From NCBI GenBank assembly GCA_964016885.1, contig OZ024741.1, forward strand, positions 258,292,001-258,356,000: a DNA stretch of 64,000 nucleotides, given 5' to 3'. This document shows, piece by piece, positions 54,315 to 64,000 of the stretch. How positions within the stretch are numbered: position 1 is the stretch's first letter; the number at the start of each line of letters is the position of its first letter. Below the pieces are notes generated by a model. The model searched no databases. It worked only from the letters and a program-made list of their open reading frames with translations, and had not been told where the DNA came from. The DNA comes from Eledone cirrhosa (lineage: Eukaryota). Position numbers and translations under genes: made by a program.

Positions 54315-54383
54315 AAATAACAAATAGACGCGGTTTCAAATCTCTATGCTTTTAAAATTCATTACATTAATCTTTATTTATAC
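54315..54383 (+). repeat. 69-bp element, copy 29 (TTTTAAAA variant)
   Basis: Direct match with one substitution. Confidence 0.95.
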
Positions 54384-57300
54384 GTTTCGCTTTACGAGTG
54401 TTTCGACTTACGAGTGTTTCGACATACGAGTGTTTCGACTTACGAATGTTTTTGCTTACGGGTGTTTCGACTTACGAATGTTTTTGCTTACGAGTGTTTC
54501 GGTTTACGAGTGTTCCGACTTACGAGTGTTCCGACTTACGAGTGTTTCGGCTTACGAGTGTTTCCGGCTTACGAGTGTTTCGACTTACGAGTGTTTTGAC
54601 TTACGGTGTTTCGGCTTACGAGTGATTAGACTTACGAGTGTTTTGACTTACGGGTGTTTTGACTTACGGGTGTTGTGAATTACGAGTGTTCCGATTTACG
54701 AGTGTTTTGACTTACGGTGTTTCGGCTTACAAGTGATTCGACTTACGAATGTTTTGACTTACGGGTGTTTCGGCTTGCGTGTGTTTCGACTTACGAGTGT
54801 TTCGGCTTATGAGTGTTTCGAATTACTAATGTTTTTACTTACGAGTGTTTCGGCGTACGAGTGTTTTGACTTACGAGTGTTTCGACTTACGAGTGTTTTG
54901 ACGTACGAATGTTTTGACTTACGGGTGTTTCGGCTTACGAGTGTTTCGACTTACGAGTGTTTCGGCTTGCGAGTGTTTCGACTTACTAATGTTTTTACTT
55001 ACGAGTGTTTCGGCGTACGAGTGTTTCGACTTACGAGTGTTTCGACTTAAGGGTGTTTCGACTTACGAGTGTTTCGACTTACGAGTGTTTCGACTTACGA
55101 GTGTTTCGACTTACGGGTGTTTCGAATTACGAGTGTTTTGGCTTACGGTGTTTCGACTTACGAGTGTTTCGGCTTACGAGTGTTTTGACTTAAGGGTGTT
55201 TCGACTTACGAGTGTTTCGATACGAGTGTTTCGACTTACGAGTGTTTCGGCTTACGAGTGTTTCGACTTACGAGTGTTTCGACTTACGAGTGTTCTGATT
55301 TACGGATGTTTCGAAATACGAGTGTTTCGACTTACGAGTGTTTCGACTTACGAGTGTTTTGACTTACGGGTGTTTTGACATGCGAGTGTTTCGATACGAG
55401 TGTTTCGACTTACGAGTGTTCTGACTTACGATTGTTCTGACTTACGAGCGTTCTGACTTACGAGTGTTTCGGCTTACGAGTGTTTCGGCTTACGAGTGTT
55501 TCGACTTACGAGTGTTTCGACTTACGAGTGTTCCGACTTACGGGTGTTTCGACTTACGAGTGTTTTGGCTTACGGTGTTTCGACTTACGAGTGTTTCGAG
55601 TTAAGAGTGTTTTGACTTACGCGTGTTTTGACATACGAGTGTTCTGACTTACGAGTGTTCTGACTTACGAGTGTTCTGACTTACGAGTGTTCTGACTTAC
55701 GAGTGTTCCGACTTTACGAGTGTTTCGGCTCACGAGTGTTTTGGCTTACGAGTGTTTCGGCTTAGGAGTGTTTCGACTTACGAATGTTTTGGCTTACGAG
55801 TGTTTCGGCTTACGGGTGTTTCGACTTACGAGTGTTTCGATTTACGAGTGTTTTGACTTACGGTGTTTCGGCTTACGAGTTATTCGACATACGAGTGTTT
55901 CGACACACGAGTGTTTTGACTTACGGGGGTTTCGACTTACAGGTGTTTCGACTTACGAGTGTTTCGGCTTACGAGTGTTTCGACTTACTAATGTTTTTAC
56001 TTACGAGTGTTTCGGTGTACGAGTGTTTCGACTTAAGGATGTTTCGACTTACGTGTGTTTCGACTTACGAGTGTTTCGGCTTACGTGAGTTTCGACTTAA
56101 GGGTGTTTTGACTTACGCGTGTTGCGAATTACGAGTGTTCCGATTTACGAGTGTTTTGACTTACGGTGTTTCGGCTTACGAGTTATTCGACTTACGAATG
56201 TTTTGACTTACGGGTGTTTTGGCTTGCGAGTGTTTCGACTTACGAGTGTTTCGGCTTATGAGTGTTTCGACTTACTAATGTTTTTACTTACGAGTGTTTC
56301 GGCGTACGAGTGTTTTGACTTACGAGTGTTTAGACTTACGCGTGTTTCGGCTTACGAGTCTTTCGACTTACGAGTGTTTCGGCTGGCAAGTGTTTCGACT
56401 TACGAGTGTTTTGACTTACGAGTGTTTCGACTTACGAGTGTTTCGGCTTACGAGTGTTTTGACTTAAGGGTGTTTCGAATAACGAGTGTTTCGATACGAG
56501 TGTTTCGACTTAGTAGTGTTCTGACTTACGAGTGTTCCGACTTACGAGTGTCTCGGCTTACGAGTGTTTCGGCTTACGAGTGTTTCGACTTACGAGTGTT
56601 TCGACTTACGAGTGTTCCGTCTTACGGGTGTTTCGACTTACGAGTGTTTTGGCTTACGGTGTTTCGACTTACGAGTGTTTCGGCTTACGAGTGTTTTGAC
56701 TTAAGGGTGTTTCGACTTACGAGTGTTTCGATATGAGTGTTTCGATTTACGAGTGTTTCGGCTTACGAGTGTTTCGACTTACGAGTGTTTCGACTTACGA
56801 GTGTTCTGATTTACGGATGTTTCGACATACGAGTGTTTCGACTTACGAGTGTTTCGACTTACGAGTGTTTTGACTTACGGGTGTTTTGACATACGAGTGT
56901 TTCGATACGAGTGTTTCGACTTACGAGTGTTCTGACTTACGATTGTTCTGACTTACGAGCGTTCTGACTTACGAGTGTTTCGGCTTACAAGTGATTCGAC
57001 TTACGAGTGTTCTGATTTACGGATGTTTCGACATACGAGTGTTTCGACTTACGAGTGTTTCGACTTACGAGTGTTTTGACTTACGGGTGTTTTGACATAC
57101 GAGTGTTTCGATACGAGTGTTTCGACTTACGAGTGTTCTGACTTACGATTGTTCTGACTTACGAGCGTTCTGACTTACGAGTGTTTCGGCTTACAAGTGA
57201 TTCGACTTACGAATGTTTTGACTTACGGGTGTTTCGGCTTGCGAGTGTTTCGACTTACGAGTGTTTCGGCTTGCGAGTGTTTCGACTTACTAATGATTTT

Positions 57301-57863
57301 ACTTACGAGTGTTTCGGCGTACGAGTGTTTCGACTTACGAGTGTTTCGACTTACGGGTGTTTTGACTTACGGGTGTTTCGGCTTACGAGTGTTTCGACTT
57401 ACGAGTGTTTTGACTTAAGGGTGTTTCGACTTACGAGTGTTTCGACTTACGAGTGTTTCGGATTACGAGTGTTTTGACTTGAGGGTTTTCGACTTACGAG
57501 TGTTTCGATACGAGTGTTTCGACTTACGAGTGTTCTGACTTATGAGTGTTCTGACTTACGAGTGTTCTGACTTACAAGTGTTCTTACTTACGACTGTTCC
57601 GACTTACGAGTGTTCCGACTTACGAGTGTTTCGGCTTACGAGTGTTTCGGCTTACGAGTGTTTCGACTTACGAGTGTTCCGACTTACGGGTGTTTCGACT
57701 TACGAGTGTTTTGGCTTACGGTGTTTCGGCTTACGAGTGTTTCGATACGAGTGTTCTGACTTACGAGTGTTCTGAGTTACGAGTGTTCTGACTTACGAGT
57801 GTTCCGACTTTACGAGTGTTTCGGCTCACGAGTGTTTCGGCTTACGAGTGTTTCGACTTACGA

Positions 57864-57933
57864 AAATAACAAATAGACGCGGTTTCAAATCTCTATGCTT
57901 TTTCAAATTCATTACATTAATCTTTATTCATAC
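57864..57933 (+). repeat. Element copy 30 (TTCATAC subtype, +1 T, 70 bp)
   Basis: GCTTTTTCAAA variant. Confidence 0.95.
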
Positions 57934-59044
57934 GTTTCGCTTTACGAGTGTTTCGACTTACGAGTGTTTCGACATACGAGTGTTTCGGCTTAGGAGTGTT
58001 TTGATTTACGAGTGTTTTGACTTACGGGTGCTTCGACTTACGCGTGTTTCGACTTACGAGTGTTTCGACTTACGAGTGTTTCGGCTTACGAGTGTTTTGA
58101 CTTACGAGTGTTTCGGCTGGCGAGTGTTTCGACTTACGAGTGTTTTGACTTAAGGGTGTTTCGACTTACGAGTGTTTCGACTTACGAGTGTTTCGACTTA
58201 CGAGTGTTTCGGCTTACGAGTGTTTTGACTTAAGGGTGTTTCGACTTACGAGTGTTTCGATACGAGTGTTTCGACTTACGAGTGTTCTGACTTACGAGTG
58301 TTCCGACTTACGAGTGTCTCGGCTTACGAGTGTTTCGGCTTACGAGTGTTTCGACTTACGAGTGTTTCGACTTACGAGTGTTCCGACTTACGTGTGTTTC
58401 GACTTACGAGTGTTTTGGCTTACGGTGTTTCGACTTACGAGTGTTTCGGCTTACGAGTGTTTTGACTTAAGGGTGTTTCGACTTACGAGTGTTTCGATAC
58501 GAGTGTTTCGACTTACGAGTGTTTCGGCTTACGAGTGTTTCGACTTACGAGTGTTTCGACTTACGAGTGTTCTGATTTACGGATGTTTCGACATACGAGT
58601 GTTTCGACTTACGAGTGTTTCGACTTACGAGTGTTTTGACTTACGTGTGTTTTGACATACGAGTGTTTCGATACGAGTGTTTCGACTTACGAGTGTTCTG
58701 ACTTACGATTGTTCTGACTTACGAGCGTTCTGACTTACGAGAGTTTCGGCTTACGAGTGTTTCGGCTTACGAGTGTTTCGACTTACGAGTGTTTCGACTT
58801 ACGAGTGTTCCCACTTACGGGTGTTTCGACTTACGAGTGTTTTGGCTTACGGTGTTTCGACTTACGAGTGTTTCGAGTTAAGAGTGTTTTGACTTACGCG
58901 TGTTTTGACATACGAGTGTTCTGACTTACGAGTGTTCTGACTTACGAGTGTTCTGACTTACGAGTGTTCTGACTTACGAGTGTTCCGACTTTACGAGTGT
59001 TTCGGCTCACGAGTGTTTCGGCTTACGAGTGTTTCGACTTATGA

Positions 59045-59113
59045 AAATAACAAATAGACGCGGTTTCAAATCTCTATGCTTTTCAAATTCATTACATTAA
59101 TCTTTATTTATAC
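59045..59113 (+). repeat. 69-bp element, copy 31 (consensus)
   Basis: Direct match. Confidence 0.95.
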
Positions 59114-60529
59114 GTTTCGCTTTACGAGTGTTTCGACTTACGAGTGTTTCGACATACGAGTGTTTCGACTTACGAATGTTTTTGCTTACGGGTGTTTCGA
59201 CTTACGAATGTTTTTGCTTACAAGTGTTTCGGTTTACGAGTGTTCCGACTTACGAGTGTTCCGACTTACGAGTGTTTCGGCTTACGAGTGTTTCCGGCTT
59301 AAGAGTGTTTCGACTTACGAGTGTTTCGACTTACGAGTGTTTTGACTTACGGTGTTTCGGCTTACGAGTGATTAGACTTACGAGTGTTTTGACTTACGGG
59401 TGTTTTGACTTACGGGTGTTGTGAATTACGAGTGTTCCGATTTACGAGTGTTTTGACTTACGGTGTTTCGGCTTACAAGTGATTCGACTTACGAATGTTT
59501 TGACTTACGGGTGTTTCGGCTTGCGTGTGTTTCGACTTACAAGTGTTTCGGCTTATGAGTGTTTCGACTTACTAATGTTTTTACTTACGAGTGTTTCGGC
59601 GTACGAGTGTTTTGACTTACGAGTGTTTCGACTTACGAGTGTTTTGACGTACGAATGTTTTGACTTACGGGTGTTTCGGCTTACGAGTGTTTCGACTTAC
59701 GAGTGTTTCGGCTTGCGAGTGTTTCGACTTACTAATGTTTTTACTTACGAGTGTTTCGGCGTACGAGTGTTTCGACTTACGAGTGTTTCGACTTAAGGGT
59801 GTTTCGACTTACGAGTGTTTCGACTTACGAGTGTTTCGACTTACGAGTGTTTCGACTTACGGGTGTTTCGACTTACGAGTGTTTTGGCTTACGGTGTTTC
59901 GACTTACGAGTGTTTCGGCTTACGAGTGTTTTGACTTAAGGGTGTTTCGACTTACGAGTGTTTCGATACGAGTGTTTCGACTTACGAGTGTTTCGGCTTA
60001 CGAGTGTTTCGACTTACGAGTGTTTCGACTTACGAGTGTTCTGATTTACGGATGTTTCGAAATACGAGTGTTTCGACTTACGAGTGTTTCGACTTACGAG
60101 TGTTTTGACTTACGGGTGTTTTGACATACGAGTGTTTCGATACGAGTGTTTCGACTTACGAGTGTTCTGACTTACGATTGTTCTGACTTACGAGCGTTCT
60201 GACTTACGAGTGTTTCGGCTTACGAGTGTTTCGGCTTACGAGTGTTTCGACTTACGAGTGTTTCGACTTACGAGTGTTCCGACTTACGGGTGTTTCGACT
60301 TACGAGTGTTTTGGCTTACGGTGTTTCGACTTACGAGTGTTTCGAGTTAAGAGTGTTTTGACTTACGCGTGTTTTGACATACGAGTGTTCTGGCTTACGA
60401 GTGTTCTGACTTACGAGTGTTCTGACTTACGAGTGTTCTGACTTACGAGTGTTCTGACTTACGAGTGTTCCGACTTTACGAGTGTTTCGGCTCACGAGTG
60501 TTTCGGCTTACGAGTGTTTCGACTTACGA

Positions 60530-60598
60530 AAATAACATATAGACGCGGTTTCAAATCTCTATGCTTTTCAAATTCATTACATTAATCTTTATTTATAC
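60530..60598 (+). repeat. 69-bp element, copy 32 (AACATATAG subtype)
   Basis: Direct match. Confidence 0.95.
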
Positions 60599-61361
60599 GT
60601 TTCGCTTTACGAGTGTTTCGACTTACGAGTGTTTCGACATACGAGTATTTCGACTTACGAATGTTTTTGCTTACGGGTGTTTCGACTTACGAATGTTTCG
60701 GCTTACGAGTGTTTCGACTTACGAGTGTTCTGACTTACGAGTGTTCTGACTTATGAGTGTTCTGACTTACGAGTGTTCTGACTTACGAGTGTTCTGACTT
60801 ACGAGTGTTTTGACTTACGGTGTTTCGGCTTACAAGTGATTCGACTTACGAATGTTTTGACTTACGGGTGTTTCGGCTTGCGAGTGTTTCGACTTACGAG
60901 TGTTTCGGCTTATGAGTGTTTCGACTTACTAATGTTTTTACTTACGAGTGTTTCGGCGTACGAGTGTTTTGACTTACGAGTGTTTCGGCTTACGAGTGTT
61001 TCGACTTACGAGTGTTCTGACTTACGAGTGTTCTGACTTATGAGTGTTCTGACTTACGAGTGTTCTGACTTACGAGTGTTCCGACTTACGAGTGTTTCGG
61101 CTTACGAGTGTTTCGGCTTACGAGTGTTTCGTCTTACGAGTGTTCTGACTTACGAGTGTTCTGACTTATGAGTGTTCTGACTTACGAGTGTTCTGACTTA
61201 CGAGTGTTTCGACTTACGAGTCTTTTGACTTACTGGTGTTTTGACATACGAGTGTTTCGATACGAGTGTTTCGACTTACGAGTGTTCTGACTTACGAGTG
61301 TTCTAACTTACGAGTGTTCTGACTTACGAGTGTTCTGACTTACGAGTGTTTCGACTTACGA

Positions 61362-61430
61362 AAATAACAAATAGACGCGGTTTCAAATCTCTATGCTTTT
61401 CAAATTCATTACATTAATCTTTATTTATAC
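61362..61430 (+). repeat. 69-bp element, copy 33 (consensus)
   Basis: Direct match. Confidence 0.95.
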
Positions 61431-62000
61431 GTTTCGCTTTACGAGTGTTTCGACTTACGAGTGTTTCGGCTTACGAGTGTTTTGACTTACGAGTGTTTTG
61501 ACTTACATGTGTTTCGACTTACGCGTGTTTCGACTTACGAGTGTTTCGACTTGCGAGTGTTTCGACTACGGGTGTTTCGACTTACGAATGTTTTGACTTA
61601 CGGATGTTTTGACTTACGGGTGTTTCGGCTTACGAGTGTTTCGACTTACGAGTGTTTCGACTTACGAGTGTTTTGACTTACGAGTGTTTTGACTTACGGT
61701 GTTTCGGCTTACGAGTGTTTCGACTTACGAGTGTTTTGACTTACGGGTGTTTTGACATACGAGTGTTTCGATACGAGTGTTCTGACTTACGGGTGTTCTG
61801 ACTTACGAGTGTTCTGACTTACGAGTGTTCTGACTTACGAGTGTTCTGACATACGTGTGTTCTGACTTACGAGTGTTCCGATATACGAGTGTTTCGGCAT
61901 ATGAGTGTTTCGATTTACGGATGTTTTTGCTTACGGGTGTTTCGACTTACGAATGTTTTTGCTTACGAGTGTTTTGGCTTACGTGTGTTTCGACTTACGA

Positions 62001-62069
62001 AAATAACAAATAGACGCGGTTTCAAATCTCTATGCTTTTCAAATTCATTACATTAATCTTTATTTACAC
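62001..62069 (+). repeat. 69-bp element, copy 34 (TACAC subtype)
   Basis: Direct match. Confidence 0.95.
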
Positions 62070-63200
62070 GTTTCGCTTTACGAGTGTTTCGACTTACGAG
62101 TGTTTCGACTTACGAGTGTTTCGACTTACGAGTGTTTCAACTTACGAGTGTTTCGACTTACGAGTGTTTTGACTTACGAGTGTTCTGACTTACGAGTGTT
62201 CTGACTTACGAGTGTTTCGACTTACGAGTGTTCTGACTTACGAGTGTTCTGACTTACGAGTGTTTCGACTTACGAGTGTTTCGACTTACGAGTGTTTCGA
62301 CTTACGAGTGTTTCGACTTACGAGTGTTTCGACTTACGAGTGTTTCGACTTACGAGTGTTCTGACTTACGAGTGTTCTGACTTACGAATGTTTCGACTTA
62401 CGAGTGTTTCGGCTTATGAGTGTTTCGACTTACGAGTGTTTCGATACGAGTGTTCTGACTTACGAGTGTTCTGACTTACGAGTGTTCTGACTTACGAGTG
62501 TTCCGACTTTACGAGTGTTTCGGCTCACGAGTGTTTCGGCTTACGAGTGTTTTAATTTACGAGTGTTTTGAATTACGGGTGCTTCGACTTACGCGTGTTT
62601 CGACTTACGAGTGTTTCGACTTACGAGTGTTTCGACTTACGAGTGATTCGACTTAGGAGTGTTTCGGCTGGCGAGTGTTTCGACTTACGAGTGTTTTGAC
62701 TTAAGGGTGTTTCGACTTACGAGTGTTTCGACTTACGAGTGTTTCGACTTACGAGTGTTTCGGCTTACGAGTGTTTTGACTTAAGGGTGTTTCGACTTAC
62801 GAGTGTTTCGATACGAGTGTTTCGACTTACGAGTGTTCTGACTTACGATTGTTCTGACTTACGAGCGTTCTGACTTACGAGTGTTCTGACTTACGAGTGT
62901 TTCGGCTTACGAGTGTTTCGGCTTACGAGTGTTTCGACTTACGAGTGTTTCGACTTACGAGTGTTCCGACTTACGGGTGTTTCGACTTACGAGTGTTTTG
63001 GCTTATAGTGTTTCGGCTTACGAGTGTTTCGAGTTAAGAGTGTTTTGACTTACGCGTGTTTTGACATACGAGTGTTCTGACTTACGAGTGTTCTGACTTA
63101 CGAGTGTTCTGACTTACGAGTGTTCTGACTTACGAGTGTTCCGACTTTACGAGTGTTTCGGCTCTCGAGTGTTTCGGCTTACGAGTGTTTCAACTTACGA

Positions 63201-63269
63201 AAATAACAAATAGACGCGGTTTCAAATCTCTATGCTTTTGAAATTCATTACATTAATCTTTATTTATAC
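63201..63269 (+). repeat. 69-bp element, copy 35 (TTTTGAAA subtype)
   Basis: Same substitution and same upstream TTTCAACTTACG monomer as the copy at 17986. Confidence 0.95.
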
Positions 63270-64000
63270 GTTTCGCTTTACGAGTGTTTCCACTTACGAG
63301 TGTTTCGACATACGAGTGTTTCGACTTACGAGTGTTTCGACTTACGAGTGTTCTGATTTACGGATGTTTCGACATACGAGTGTTTCGACTTACGAATGTT
63401 TCGACTTACGAGTGTTTTGACTTACGGGTGTTTTGACATACGAGTGTTTCGATACGAGTGTTTCGACTTACGAGTGTTCTGACTTACGATTGTTCTGACT
63501 TACGAGCGTTCTGACTTACGAGTGTTTCGGCTTACAAGTGATTCGACTTACGAATGTTTTGACTTACGGGTGTTTCGGCTTGCGAGTGTTTCGACTTACG
63601 AGTGTTTCGGCTTGCAAGTGTTTCGACTTACTAATGATTTTACTTACGAGTGTTTCGGCGTACGTGTGTTTCGACTTACGAGTGTTTCGACTTACGAGTG
63701 TTTTGACTTAATGGTGTTTCGACTTACGAGTGTTTCGACTTACGAGTGTTTCGACTTACGAGTGTTTCGGATTACGAGTGTTTTGACTTGAGGGTTTTCG
63801 ACTTACGAGTGTTTCGATACGAGTGTTTCGACTTACGAGTGTTCTGACTTACGAGTGTTCTGACTTACGAGTGTTCTGACTTACAAGTGTTCTTACTTAC
63901 GACTGTTCCGACTTACGAGTGTTCCGACTTACGAGTGTTTTGGCTTACGGTGTTTCGGCTTACGAGTGTTTCGAGTTACGAGACTTTTGACTTACGCGTG

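Larger units (their letters stand above)
1..64000 (+). repeat. Satellite DNA array, 16-bp monomer GACTTACGAGTGTTTC, head-to-tail, extending beyond both window edges
   Basis: The monomer is visible on essentially every line. Recurrent variants include TTCTGAC, TTTTGAC, TTCCGAC, TTTCGGC, TTACGGG, TTACGAA, TTATGAG and TTAAGGG, plus GATACGAG (14 bp), GACTACGAG and TTACGGTG (15 bp) and GACTTTACG (17 bp). No inverted segment was seen. Confidence 0.99.

Noticed and set aside
71-63269. CRISPR-like appearance (constant element with GTTTCAAAT, variable intervals)
   Set aside because: There are no unique spacers, the lengths are wrong (69-bp repeat, kb-scale repetitive intervals), and there are no cas genes or leader.
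170-63791. Hundreds of plus-strand ORFs encoding RVFRLTSVSTYECFDL-like peptides
   Set aside because: The 16-mer lacks stops on the plus strand, so all three frames are open until a TGA or TAA variant occurs. ORFs overlap in all frames, most start at GTG or TTG, and 14/15/17-bp monomers shift frame freely.
1-64000. Telomerase-type repeat (T/G-biased strand, variants such as ACGGATGT and ACTGGTGT recall yeast telomeric repeats)
   Set aside because: The consensus has no G-run and matches no telomere repeat I know. Inherited variant strings and kb-scale duplications indicate recombinational amplification rather than templated synthesis. A subtelomeric location is not excluded.
1-64000. Pure sequencing or concatemer artefact
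   Set aside because: Rare variants recur in ordered, hierarchical blocks with lineage-specific SNPs, which random error would not produce. Individual duplications could still be misassembled.

Overview
The whole 64 kb window is one uninterrupted, single-orientation satellite DNA array. Its 16-bp monomer is GACTTACGAGTGTTTC (roughly 3,900 copies estimated from length), with a limited set of recurrent substitution variants and 14-, 15- and 17-bp indel variants. The only non-monomer sequence is a conserved AT-rich 69-bp element (AAATAACAAATAGACGCGGTTTCAAATCTCTATGCTTTTCAAATTCATTACATTAATCTTTATTTAYAC). I counted 35 copies by eye, all in the same orientation and at the same monomer position, spaced 0.6-11.7 kb apart. 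Ordered monomer variants and SNP subtypes of the element reveal a nested, mosaic higher-order structure: tandem duplications with periods of 176, 206, 1,450, 3,474 and 5,107 bp, a 349-bp-offset repeat, an irregular 4-5.5 kb super-repeat, and paralogous blocks about 30 kb and 45.5 kb apart. No gene, RNA gene, CRISPR array or transposon is supported, and all listed ORFs are artefacts of a stop-free 16-mer. The architecture suggests eukaryotic heterochromatic, centromeric or subtelomeric DNA, but organism and function cannot be determined from the sequence. All coordinates and counts were read by hand.
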